NCBI GenBank assembly: GCA_051294375.1
Contig: CM119265.1
Coordinates: 16,684,005 to 16,748,004 of the forward strand
DNA: 64,000 nt
Direction: 5' to 3'
Source: Paraspadella gotoi
Lineage: Eukaryota > Animalia > Chaetognatha
This document shows positions 13,401-29,300 of the stretch, one piece after another. The translations under genes were made by a program, and so were the position numbers. Position 1 is the stretch's first letter, and each line of letters begins with the position of its first letter. A model generated the notes under the pieces. It was given only the letters and a program-made list of their open reading frames with translations. It made no database searches and was not told the DNA's origin.

Positions 13401-13483
13401 GGTTCTGATTCTGCCTCGGTTTCGCAGGGCTCTTCCAACAACGAATTAACGTCGTTGATAAGGTCTTCCAGCTCGGACATCAT
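10475..13483 (-). CDS. SP-RING (MIZ zinc finger) protein, putative SUMO E3 ligase, two exons (intron 13213-13296)
   Basis: LSLLCPLSLERLHHPVKANSCLH...CPLC matches the SP-RING pattern; long acidic N-terminus and C-terminal coiled coil; ATG 13483. Confidence 0.72.
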
Positions 13484-13802
13484 AAAACGTGTCAAACTCC
13501 ATTCACTAATCGGTCCAACTGTATAGCAAAAGATTCTAAAAAAATATATGAGTTAAATTGAGTCTGCGTCAATTGCTACATAGGAGTAATTTTCAACATT
13601 TTCAAGCTTATTTTCACATCTGAAAATAAGTTGATCGACATTGATATGAGTGCATTAATAATATATAATGATTACTAAATAAATCCAACTTAAGACGACA
13701 ATGAGATCAATATTTAATTCCCTACTATTTATAAAAAAAGTTACATATCTAATCGTAATGACATAACTAGCGATAAAGATCTTATATGTTTCCCGTTAGC
13801 AT

Positions 13803-16800
13803 TCAAAAATACTGAGCAAGACTCGACCAAACTTCAGCCGCAGAACCACAGTTTTGAACGATTTTCTCCACATTTAAAATCCTATCGTGAATTTTTCGCC
13901 AATTTACTTGGGATTTTTGCTTAGAAGTCATGTTGTTCAGTTTTTCACTTAATTTTTTTAACAAATAATTCAACCAAACGACGTTGGTACGTGGAGTATG
14001 GGACTTCCAATCGTCGTTATTTTCTAGTTGCATCAGGCGGTAGCAATCAAACTGATAGTCGCCATTCTCGCAACCCTCTCCGGGACCCTTAAAAAGGTCG
14101 CCGTCGTCACCGAGGTTGGTATAGCAGGTGAAGCCATCACGATGCAATCGTGACAAGGTAAAGTCAATGATAGAGACCTTGACGGAATATTCGCGTTCCA
14201 TCCTATTTCCACCGAGAACGTTTAAAATCTTCGTCGGCTTATTAAGCTTCTTGACGAGCACGTTGCCCCAGTGAAGGTCGCGATGCTCGAACTCTAGCTC
14301 GGCCTCTCCCACGGCCATCGCCAACGTCGTTTGCTCGAACACGGCCCAAGCGTCCAGCGGGCGCGAAAATTTAAACTTTTCTAAATCTACTCCGCCATCG
14401 CAGAATTCAAAGACGAGAAACAACTGTTCGTTTGGAAAGAAGTCAGGTCGGTCGTTAAAACTTTCATTCTTTTTCGCCCAATCATCCCACTTTTTCAGAA
14501 GCTCCGAGGGATAGCAGCCCTTAAAAACGGAGGTCCGGTTGACCGTAATGAAGGAAGAAGTTTTGTTGCCTCCGAAAGCATCAGACAAATCGCTCAATTC
14601 TTTGGTTATAACAACCTCGGAAAATATCTCGCAGTAAGTTTTTTGTTTCTCGTCGTTGACGAGAAGTTCGCCTTCAATGGGAATGATCTTGAGTACCGCG
14701 GAGTTTCCAGTATTTTTGTCGATACTAAGGTATACTTCGCCAAATGTCCCCTCGCCGATTTTCTTCATGGCCGCCATTTCCTCTATGGAGTAAATTTGAG
14801 TGAACGGCAGTTCCGTCGTCTGTTCACAGATGTTGAGAACGCGAGCGCGAGCGTCCGCTGCCTGTAAACTTTCGTTGAGCGAGACGACACCGACGGGACT
14901 CTTAGGAGAAAACAAGGAAATGTCGCGCATTGCCGACCGCAGATGAGAAACCAAGGGAGAGTCACGAGGAGATATCGAAGTTTGGTTGAGGATTTTGGCA
15001 TTTTTAACCTGAGGATTTCGATCCAAGATTGGAGATAAATGGATATTTTTACCTGACATACAGTTTTCGTTCGCATCGATGCTCTTTGTCGCCATTGCAA
15101 CTGATTTCATGCCTAATAATGTAATATCTTCGTCGGACAGACGTGATAACTTGACGAAAGGAACTTTTGTGCCAAGGGATCGAGTTAGCGTACCTGACGA
15201 ATTTCCGCTAGAACTTGGCAAAGAATGAAGCTTTTCATTCGACAGCCGATTTAACAGGACGAAAGGTTCCTTTGATAAATCAACGCCAAAGTTAAGACTC
15301 TTCGACACTTTTGCAACATTTTTTGGTACTTCCTGTCTCGAGGTCGAAATTAATGGAGTTTTGGGTTTGACGAATTCGTCGATCATCGTTGCGAAAGTGG
15401 TCCTTCTAGAGACTCGATATTTAGTCAGTGCCGGCGAAGAAAAATTGGAGTGTTTTGTCTGGGGCGAAGCGAATAAACACGGCGACTTAAATTCCCCATC
15501 AGGAGAAAAAACTAGTATTTTGCTACGTCGTAGATTTCGGGCATATGATTTGCGTATCGACCGATGTAATTCGGCAGTTGCTACTGGACCCGCTTCCTGT
15601 ATACGGGTCGACCGCCGGACGGGACCTGGCTTCGAAAGCGGGGGAAGAGGTAATTTGAAAATAGGCTCTGGAGACTGTAACAGGTCTTTCATCGATGGTA
15701 AAGCTTCCCTGCAAGGAGCCTCAGAGTCCAACTGCTTTTGTATTGCAGTTCGCGAAACTTTTGTGTCATCACCGGACGGCGAAATTATTTCAGGTTTCGC
15801 GGTATTCGCTTTAGCTATTGACATGTCTAAAAATGTCTTTCCGTTGCGTAATCTCCGAGAGGAAAATGGAATTGAATCAGACTTCTGTGAATAATTATCT
15901 ATGTCTGTTTGAGGCCTCAGGGTCACTGTTGTCGGTGAAACAAGTTTTTTAAGACCAACGTCTCGCTGATCAAAGCTAGACTTTATGTCTTCAAGGTCAT
16001 CCTGATATTTTGGGGTGGAAAAGTTTTCCTGTTGGTTCGCCGGCGAAAATGGCGGCGAAAATCTCCGCAAAGATAAATCCGCTGGCGTCAACTCCCCAAT
16101 CCCGGGAGCAGCTGATACAGCTGCTGCTGCTGATACCGCCGCAGCTGCCTCTGCCATCTGTTCCTTGACGTAGGCCACTAAACCTTCGAAGTGAACTTCA
16201 TCGATTTTGTTTTCCTCCATAAATTCGCGAGAGATGACGACGGGATCGTCGTCAAGGTAATAACCGAGATATCTGGACTCGCCGTTGACAATTATCTCTA
16301 TGAGATGATCGTAGTCCGGATGAAAAGACGGTAAGGGACCCGTAACTGGGAAGGAGCGGTTCCGGGGGCGAACCCCCAACGACGGAGAAGAGCGCACAAT
16401 GGGCAAGGAAGAGCAAAGAACGTTTTGGCTTAAGGGAGTCGCGATTCCTGGCGATGGGGATTCGGTCGAGCACGGCTTGGAAATATCTTCGTGGGTCAGA
16501 AACTTAACGGCTTCATAGGAGGGATCGCACGATGTCGCGGCATCTAGCACAAAACCGCTGGCGGTATATCGGGTCGGATCGATTGTGACGGACTCGATAC
16601 CTGAAGAGGGATGAACACCGATTTCTTCACGTCGATCGATTCCGCTTTGATCTTTAGCGAATGGGTTTCGGTGGCGACGTTTCCGCCCGGTCGCCCAGCC
16701 GACGACGCTCTCTTCGGCGATGTGACTTAGATTCCGATGTTGCGGATTCTTGTAAGGAGAAGGCTCCAAAAGGACATTTTCTTTGTCTGAAATCCATGTA

Positions 16801-19231
16801 TTATATCATTATATGATTATCAAAGAATCACAGACATTAAGAATACGGAATGACTCCTAAGCTTACCGTCAAGATCCTCGATCGCGGATGAAGATTTATA
16901 AACACGACTTATACTTTTTGTTGGGCTATCGAAGACGCTGACGACCGAATCGGAAGTCGGATCTGGAAAATCTAATAGGACAAGTACGGCATATTGCATA
17001 AGAGAATGAAATAATTTTCCTTTTTTTTGCTCTTTTATAACAAACAATATTACCGAAAATCGAAGAAAGTTCGGAAGCCTCTATTTCCTGGAGTCGTCTA
17101 CGTCTTCTCGTTGTCACATTATTCGAACATATTGCATAGGATTTCGCCTTTTTTTTCTCAGTATCTTGCGGGGTTGAGAGTTCCAACAGCAAAGGAGGAA
17201 TTGGTTGCAGAATCCCCCGAGGCCGATCGCCTGAACACAAGAAAAAGATACTTCACTCACTCCACTTCATTCAACTCACCAACCTCGCTTACTCACCTTT
17301 CACTGCGAACAAGGGTGTACTGGTCGTATTCGAATGTGGAATCAAATTTCTAACCGTCGTAATTTTGAAGGGCTGATGGTCATGGTCATTGTCTTGGTCG
17401 TCAATGAGCGAATTCGATTCGGGACTAACAAAACTTATATGACTCAAGTGATGAAGCTGGTCAGCCTTTTTAGGCGTCGGAATAAGAAAACCGGGTGGGG
17501 AAGGATCTTCTTCCGTAGAAGGATTAAGGTGGTCGGCATTGGGGATAGGTTGGGGAACCGACGCGTCGGTGGCGGCGAAGGACGCTGAAGAAACGGCATC
17601 GAGGGACCTGGTGCTCCGTTCAAAATTTGAAGACAAAAAGGCATCGGATCGAGGGAGGGGGGACGACTGAGGACGTTGTTTCCTTTTCCTTCTAGATTTT
17701 TCCCCTCGATATCGGTGATTAGCCGCATTGCCCCTCGACGTGCTTTCACCCAAAGTCGCTTTTTCCCAACTGTTTTCTTTTTTCGGCGAGAGGAGATCCA
17801 CATCCTCGATGCCTCCGAATCGCGGGGAAGGCGCCGCGGCCTCGACGACCAATTCGAATTCGTTGATGTCTTCAAAATCGGGAATTTTCTCCACAGCGGG
17901 AGCGGGAGCCGAAGCGGGCTTGGGTTTTTTAGCCTATTACCGGGAGAAAACGACAGGATGAGTAAATAGTTTGCTTTGATTTAATTGGTTAAATTCATAC
18001 CTCAGTTTTGGACGATCTTTTAGTAGTCCTCGAGTTGATCTTGGAAAGTTGTGTTTTTGACGTAGATTTCTTAACTTTTTTCGTCTGTCTCGTTGGTAAC
18101 TTAAACTCGTCGGTCGTATTGACATCGTCCAAATTATTTTTCTTCTTCGCTTTCCTTGACGGAAGGCGTCTTTTAGAAACCTTCTCCGAGAGAGAAGAAA
18201 TCTATAAATTACAAAATCAACAGTTGTAAATTAAAATAAAATTAAGCAGATTTTAGACCAAGTAAAAATTTAAGGTCCTTACGTGAAAACTGGAATCCGA
18301 AAAGACGCCGTTTGTAGCAGACACGAAATCAGCTTTAGAATAGCTGGTCGACTTTTCTAGAGGAAATTAAGTGAATATTGCTCAACCTTTTCGAAATATT
18401 TGATATATTCTATCTTTAAATATATGATATTAACATGTCTTGAGGTGAAATGCGAAAGTTTGTTATTAGATCTATTGAAGAGACAGTAATTATTGATAAG
18501 TGTTAATGACAGAACCGTTCAATATAAGCAGTCCCTGAGCTTCGGATCAGGCTGTAACACCATGTTACAGGCGAGTTAAGCGCCCCGTCCCTCTTAAATG
18601 CCAGACGACCACCGGGCTAGAACCCCGGACCTTTGGGTTGGGAGGCGAATGACTTGCCTCCGGCACCAATGGCCGCTGATGAACGGTTGGTGGATTTTAG
18701 TCCACCATACAATCATTATTATGACATGAAATTTGTGTTATAATCCTTTCTTTCGTTGTGATTATATATTAGTTATAAATTAATTCAAACTTTGCCTTTG
18801 ACATGAAATTTAAAATTTGACCTAATACCATATATTAAAAAAGCTCATGGGCCAATAATAATATTTTTTTTTGGAACAGTTTTAAAAAACTATATTCTTT
18901 ACCTTCTCCTGATTCGGAACGAAGAGAAAAGGAAAACAAATGTTTGCGAAAATCAGTTTCATCTTGGTCCCCATCCTCGTCGTCCTCAATAAGCCTAGTA
19001 TGATTATTATGAAATTAATATAGATTCTAGAATAGTAAATAGAACGATAAAGGAATTTTATTGTTAACAAATAACGATTTTTATCATCTAGACGGACACG
19101 TCCTTCGGACATGTTTCGATTTTATTTTTGTAAGCCTTCATGAGCTCAAATCAATTACAAATTACTTACGGTCCCGGTGTAGAAACCGGTTTTCGAGCGT
19201 ACGTCCGCCTCGGCATGCGAGATGTTGCCAT
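13803..19231 (-). CDS. HASPIN: Haspin (histone H3T3) kinase, multi-exon with long disordered N-terminus
   Basis: KIGEGTFGEV, FEHRDLHWGNVLV, IIDFTLSRL, DYQFDCYRLM. Proposed first exon MATSRMPRRTYARK (ATG 19231) resembles the haspin RTYG motif. Upstream exon joins are less certain. Confidence 0.85.
18476..18709 (-). mobile_element. tRNA-Gly-like SINE, copy 1, in a Haspin intron
   Basis: Reverse-complement homolog of 58720-58953; tRNA-like head with A/B-box-like motifs and CTCCCAA anticodon loop. Confidence 0.75.
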
Positions 19232-19358
19232 CGTTTCTATGTAATCTAGGTTAATGACGACGAATATGGGTCAATTGTGTCATGGTTTTATACTTAATTT
19301 GCTTCTAAGAATCAACGAAAATTGAAAGAATGTTTAAGTAAATCATAACAAAACTGAG

Positions 19359-20384
19359 TTATACCCGAGTCTGAACACAAGTTAACTTGACAAATTTGCC
19401 TTGTTTATGAGAATACATAAGACGAAATCGTGAATCGTCCGGTAGAAGCGGAGTGAGAGAAAAGTCCATTTTTGAAACCTGGTCGCTGTCGTCGATTAAG
19501 ACTGGAAAAGTCAAGATCGGCTTTAGTTCGTAAGCGAAATCGAAAAATCTTTCCAAAACGGGTAGCAACGAAGACCCTCTCCACCGAAGCGGATTTGAGA
19601 AGATGAAGAGAGAAACATCACTTGAGGCCCATGGTGTTGTCATGGTAACGGGGGATTCTACTCCGTTTGACGATCCGGAGACGGACTTACGATTTCGAAC
19701 AAAGTTGATGACTTCTCGAAGGACGGCGCAAACTTTGGCCAGTTGAAAGTCACATTCTGGATCTGTGTCGCTTATGCCGGCTACTCGGTGAAAATCATCG
19801 ATTAGGATTGCATCTGAAACATTCGTAATTTTTGGGTAAGTGCAATATTTTCAGATCGCTCGATAGTAAGAAATTAGACCGTGAACTTTATGAACTCTAC
19901 CTGGCAGACTGGTCACCTTAGTAAACTCCATAAGGCCCGTAAGAACTTCGGTGAATTCTTCGCGGGTCTTTACGTATTTCACTAAAATCCTTCGAGAAGC
20001 GTAGGAATCGTGGAGCGGCATCCCTTGAACAGGCACAGGTTTTCGATCAACCCGTTCGCAAATGCACAATACACTTTTACCATCCGAGACGAAAGACATG
20101 GCTGCTTGCCACCACAACGAAGTTTTCATCGTTCCCGGATCGCCTAACCACACAAACGAAAAAAATCGGTTGGTCAATTGAGTCACTAAATGCACAAGTT
20201 TTTGCAAAAGAATCGGGGTCTCCTCACCGAAAAAAAGAGCGTCTCGAAAATTTATATGCCCTTCGTCGCATGGGTCGATAATTTTTAAAGGGCGTCCTTC
20301 TAAAACGGGAGCGGGTAAAAAGTCATGGACGGGAAAAATGCGGGAGAGGAGAGTTGGAATCTCTAAAGTTTTTATTTCGGCCAT
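19359..20384 (-). CDS. SWSAP1-like RecA-fold ATPase (Shu complex), two exons
   Basis: VWLGDPGTMKTSLWWQAA Walker A-like, ILVKY, and LPDAILIDD Walker B across intron ~19814-19900; layout matches SWSAP1. Confidence 0.68.
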
Positions 20385-20399
20385 TTTGTGGCGAAATTG

Positions 20400-21242
20400 T
20401 TACTTCGCGTTGCTTTCGATCGCGGACGCGCCTCCGACTTGTTTTCTTAGCGTCGAGAAGTGTTCATGGTAGTGTCTGATCTTGTCCTTGGGATGAAAGA
20501 CCTCGTTGGTCTTCGAAGGTGGGACACCGGACTCCTGCGTCCCGAGAATTCCGCCCGCAACCTCGTTGATCAGTTCGCGACAGTCGTTGAGAACAGCGCA
20601 GGGTAAGTACTCGACCTCGAGTAGAATGCCCTTGACGCTTGGACCGACGGTGACGATGCCGACTTTCAAGAGGAAATCGTTCCACTCGAATCGCAGGCCT
20701 TTGCTCTCGATCTTGGCGGCTTTTTTGACGAAGAGCTGCTTGAACTTGATCATCAAAGAATCAAAGTTGGAATCAGCGACGAGGACGACGCCGGATTCTG
20801 TGAGGGAGAACACCGTCAGAGGGTGCTCCGAGTCGTGAAAAACGTAGACGAAGCGCGAATCACGAATTTGATTCGAAGTACCAGGTACGAGTTGCTGCGA
20901 GAGAAGTAAGGGGGCGGCGAAGTTAATTTGGTTGTTAGTTGCTTAGATGAGAAACAGTTACACTTCACTCAGCCAATCCGAAAGGCTCAGCAGTCGTAAT
21001 GACGGAGTGACGGTACTAGTTTAACCGCACCTGTGGGAAGCCCCACCCAGCTGGGCATCACTGGCAACCCTGCTGTTGCCATAATAAATTATTACCTGCA
21101 ACTGGTAAGTTTCGCAGTCGACCGTGAATGTCCCCGATCTTTTCGCACCCAACGCTTCAATTCGCATGTGAAGGAGTTCCGCCGCCTGAGTCGGACTTTT
21201 TCCCTGGGGCAATGGCCAATTCACCAAATAGGCAACTCCCAT
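20400..21242 (-). CDS. MED20: Mediator subunit 20, two exons (intron 20895-21095)
   Basis: MGVAYLVNWP...GTFTVDCETYQ, VLVADSNFDSLM, KIESKGLRFEWNDFLLKVG, KGILLEVEYLPC. Confidence 0.92.
20969..21083 (-). repeat. Short structured element in MED20 intron, related to the split-repeat element at 46577-47660
   Basis: Shares GGGCATCACwGGCAACCCkGCTGTTGCC, CTAG..TAACCGC and TCAGCCAA..GGCTCAG blocks in the same order. Confidence 0.7.
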
Positions 21243-21436
21243 CGCTGTCCAAACAGAAAATATAATATGTATTGACACATGTTACGTCTATTATGTAATT
21301 GCTATCGAGTCAAAATCAAGCATACTTTAAGAAACCTAAATAAAGTTAAAAACAGCAACACGACACTCCAAAATAATTGAGACAGAGTTTATGAGGTCCC
21401 GGCGTCGTCTGTCTTATATCTGAACAACGGAGACAA

Positions 21437-22891
21437 CTATTTCTCTTTTTTATCCTCGCGTTCCTTCTCCGCATTGGATTTCCGTTTTTGGGGAATTGGA
21501 TTGTTTTTGCATTGTTCGTAAAGCTCTGTGATCTTAAAGTCCTTCATCACATTGGCCTCCGTGAAAACGTATGGAATTACGGTTTTACCGACGATGTCTA
21601 TGTACGGTTTTCTCATCTTTTCTTTGCCGTTTTCGAACAAGATGAGCGTGGGCAATTGTCGAGTTTGCCGCAAGGCCGACACATCGATATTGTACTAGTG
21701 GGGATAAATGATCAGATTTAAATCTCCTTATTTTTTTTAATAAGATTGCTTAGTAGGGTTAAAGTTTGGAATCAAAATTTAGCAGTTATAACTTGATAAC
21801 TATTTTATTAGTGAATACTAATCTAAAGTTTTTTTTATTACTAATATAGTAGCCCAGGCAACTTATTTTATAATTTTTTTATTTTATATATAAGTTGACT
21901 GAGCTACTAATGTCAAAATTTTAAAATAGTTTAATTCTGTAAACAGATTCCTCATAAAAAGTTGATAAAAAATATAAATCTTTTTTAAAAAGTTGGTTAA
22001 AATTACAAAAAAATATTTTTAAGCTGGAAACAAAAAATTTATATAGTTTTTTATATTTTTCATTAATTTAATGAAATAATTTTTTTAAAAAAATATACTT
22101 TCTTTTGTCAACTTTTTGCAACGAATCCAAATCCGGTCTTAGATTTTAAAAATTTGTATTTTTAATTTTATCCTATTATATACTTATTATACTTATTATT
22201 ACTATATATAAAATTAAATGATAATTTTACCTAAGTATTTTTATGGGTTTTTATTTGTATTTTCTATATGCTAAATTTTAATTTCATACAATTTTATTAT
22301 TTTCACATCGCTCAATTGCTTAGTAACCTGCTTGGCAATGTCAGGGTATCGCCCGACGTCTAGCTTTCCGAACTTAAGATTTTCCAAAGAATACTTGTTG
22401 GATATCTCGGCGAAAACGGGAACGAAATCGACGCATGCGGGTGACCAGGCGGCGTAGAGCTCGACAATCCATGTCACTCGCGTCTCACGTTCCAACTCGT
22501 GAGAAAGGAACGGGCCTCGAAAGTAGGTTACGTTCTCTGGCCCTTCGTAGGCCGGTTCGGGAAACGCCACCATAACCACCAAGCACGCCACAAGGTAGGT
22601 CAGGCCTAATAAAGGTTCCTCCCGAAAGAAAAGTACAAGGCTGGCCACCTTGGAAAACATACAGGCTTTGCTCACGTACTGGACCCAAGTAGTGCTTTTC
22701 CTTGTCTTGGCCAGTATGACGCAGACGCAAAACATAAGTGTCTCCTGGTCGCGCCACTCGAGGGTGCATTCTTCGAAGACATAGTGACATAGTAAGGGGA
22801 CGTGTTTGAGGAGGATGAAGGCGACAGCTAATAACAAATTGACGAGATAGTGGGGGCAAAGAAACCGCCGAATATTGTTAGTTAGCTTCAT
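21437..22891 (-). CDS. TMX2: Thioredoxin-related transmembrane protein 2 (intron ~21695-22327)
   Basis: PEPAYEGPENVTYF, WIVELYAAWSPAC (SxxC), LKFGKLDVGRYP, RQLPTLILF, C-terminal di-lysine. Confidence 0.92.
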
Positions 22892-23192
22892 TCTCTTTAT
22901 TATTCCAAAATCCGCTTCCAGTTTTTTTAGCAATATTCAGTTTGATTATATAATATTGCTAATGAAGAAACGCATGTCTAAAATTACTACAGTATCTATT
23001 GAAAAATTTTGCGTAATTAAATCATTATTATGCATGAATACTACCTCTGAACCTAGCACTATGACCGATTATAACAAATACTTCCACTATTTTTTATGTT
23101 GTATCCATAAAAGAAAGTGAGTGACTAGACAAATAAGGACACATTAATACAGATTAAGCGACTTACAAGGACACTTTTTCTCTGAGAGAGCG

Positions 23193-26215
<3,023 letters not shown>

Positions 26216-26373
26216 TATCGAAACAAAAATTTCCTATAAAATCATTCTTATCGGAAGAAAAAAAACAATTTAACTAACAAACATTAACTAATTCAAATAA
26301 CTAAAAAAATAGCACAAAAATCAAACAGCTTAAATCCCACACGATAACAGCGATATAGACGAAAAAAATATTA

Positions 26374-29300
26374 CTACCGAGTGTTTTTTTCCCTCCGCAG
26401 CAACGACTTTTTCAGTTTCGCCTGTTTCTCCCTAAAACTCGTCTTTTTCTTCTGTCTCATCTTTTGCTTGACCATCATAAAAGGTTGACGCTTCTTTTTC
26501 TGCTTCGAGTTTTCGCTGGCAAAAGGGTTCATCTTGTCCTTTTTTCCGCCAAATTTTGTTCTTCCTTCCCTGCCCTTCCTGATAGCCTCGATTTTCGCCT
26601 GCTTGTCGCGCTTCCGCTTGACGTGGACGCCTTCTATGGCGCCGATCTTGAGCAAGGGTCCGTCGTGATCGGAGTCGACGTCGCTTTCCTCATCGTCCGA
26701 ATCCTCATCCACCTCGGCGTCCGCTTTTCGCTTCCGATTCTTGGGATCGAGACGGATCTCCTTTTCGTTTTGCCGCGCTTTTATCTTCCGAAAGTCCTCC
26801 TGCGTAAAGACGTAGCCACTGGCACTAATTTCTCGCGCCTTTTCCATTCGCTCGCGTATTTTGGCCACGTCTAGTTGGGCGTTTTTAGCACCTTGCGCTT
26901 TGATCTCCTCTGCCTTCTCTCGACGAATCTCCAGTTTCCGAAGATGACGTTGACGGCGTCTTTCCTTGTCGGATTTGGCATTCTTAGAGGAAAAACGGGC
27001 GGACGAGGCAACTGAATCGATGGTGCTAGCAGCGCGAGAATCTGTGACAGACTTATCTTCCTCAGAAACGTCGTCGTCCGAGATGAGTTCGCTATCATCA
27101 TCATCATCATCGTCGTCGAGGTCATCATCGCTATCACCTTCTTCCATTAGTTCGAGGTTTTCGTCGTCATCTTTTTCCTCATTCTCCTCCTCTTCGGATT
27201 CTTCTGCCGAGTCTTCCTCATCCCGATCTTGCAGATCCTCTCTCTCTTCGTCGCTACGACGGAGATTTTCCTCTTCTTCCTCGCTCCCCGCCCGGTCCCC
27301 AGATCCCCCGTCATCATCTCCGTCATCGCCTACGCTTCCCGTCAACACCTCGGCACCGGACACTCCTTCGGCGACCCTCGACTCTCCGTAGGCCGTTTTT
27401 GACCCGCCACGCGCTAACTTCTCCTTCCGGGCTTCCGTCATCCGGCCCCGATCTTTGCGTTTCAACATCTCGGGAACGAGCTCGCGGAAAAGACCCAGGA
27501 GGCTTCGAGCAGCCATAGAGATAGGTTTCGCTTTTGAGTTTTTGTAAGTGACCAAGTCGCCGAGCAGGTCGTCGGTCATTGTGAGAGGAGCACGAGCGCA
27601 TACCTCACGTACCGCGTTGATACCTACTGCGACGACCTCATTAGCATTCCGCTCTGTTACAAAGTTGTTGACGATTGTGCGGACCATGGGCTCGAGGATC
27701 TCCGGCGGAACGAGTTCGTGAGAAGCCTTTTAAAATCAATAAACACATAATTCATAAATAATTCCAATCTGTTGCGCCGCAGCGTTTTTATTTTTCTTTT
27801 CCGAATGATCACGTAATTATATAATTATAAAACTTGTGTAACAAATCTTTTAAGATTGATCACTTCTCTTCAAAGTTTCAACTAAGACAACCAGTCATAA
27901 CCAATCATAACACAAAATATGTAGCATTACTTGGTAATCATGTGACCATATTTCTGAGCGGTTATGTTAATATACAAATATGAAACACATGCACAAGAAA
28001 TATTTAGGAATGTCTCACTAATCTGCTATATATTATAAAATAATTTAGTATTTTGTGAATTATGATGTATTGAATTTCTGGTTATATGATGGTGAGGCCG
28101 AGCTACCTCGACTCTCTCTCTCTCTCTCTCATTTCCCTCAACGACCACATCACCTCAGAACTTGGGTCATTGGTCTCGTCGTCCTGGACTTCAACGGGTT
28201 TCTTCCGTCGTGGCCGTAGCCACAAGGGACAACGAATTCAACCTTTTATCCCGTAACATCGTTTTGTCTCTCTACTCTGTAACCATTATTTATTTGTCTT
28301 TTTATATTGTTGGACACATCAATATCATTGTATTTATCCTTGCATTTAACATTGTATTTATCATTGTGTTTACTCCCTATGTTGTGGTCTTTCACAATGG
28401 CTCTTTTTAGTGATCGCGCGACTTCGCAAGTATGATTTATACGCACATCAAAGGTCTTATAGCACCATAACTTTTTACCAAATATTAACTTAGATATAAT
28501 GTTATTGGAATTATAAGCATTTGAAATGTAAATAGGACAGATCGACCGAAAAGTGAGGTATAGAATTGCTCCGCGAGTACTTACGGCGCAACTAAAAAAG
28601 GTAGAAATTATTATAATATAAGCAGAGTTTTCAAAAAGAAGATTTATTACACGTACTTGGGCCCCGAATAATAAAATTTTAGGAACTTCTCGTTGGTGAG
28701 GTTGCATGAAGCGCTGAAGATAAGGATAGAAATTGAAGAGAAAGAGTCCGTGGACGCCAATCAAACGCGATATGAGATCCAACATCATGAGTTTGACCTA
28801 AATAGCAGGGTAATATAATAAGCGGAGATGTAAGATTTGAAACATTTGAAAAATATAAAAGTCATTAACATCATTAGTCACTAGTCAGACAATGAAAAAA
28901 TTTTGAACCTATCTTGAAAAAGGTTTCAATTTAAAATATTTTATCGTTTTTTAGATGAAAAGGTTCTGAGGAAACTTATTAGAGAATATTAATAATAGAC
29001 AATGTTAAACTTTAAAACATTTAAACTTTAAAGCCTGCCTCGCCCACAAAAAATTAGCTTTTCGTGACCAAAAGCATATTGATTCGATTTAACACATCCA
29101 GTCACTGTGCCAATAGTTTCTAATTTAGCGTAATCGAGATTTACAATTGTTTTTGTTTGCTCAAAGTCACGCACTAGTAGTACGAGTAGGAATAATTTGT
29201 TATTAAAATCTAAATTTTTTTGTTTTAAAAAAAATAATCTATCATAAAAAATATACATAATATACAATATACATCATATATAATATATTTATTAAATATA

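Noticed and set aside
27090-27130. (TCA)n repeat
   Set aside because: Encodes the ordinary poly-Asp tract of SDAD1
28084-28600. GC-richer patches and a (CT)n tract in an SDAD1 intron
   Set aside because: No second copy, termini or snoRNA boxes could be established
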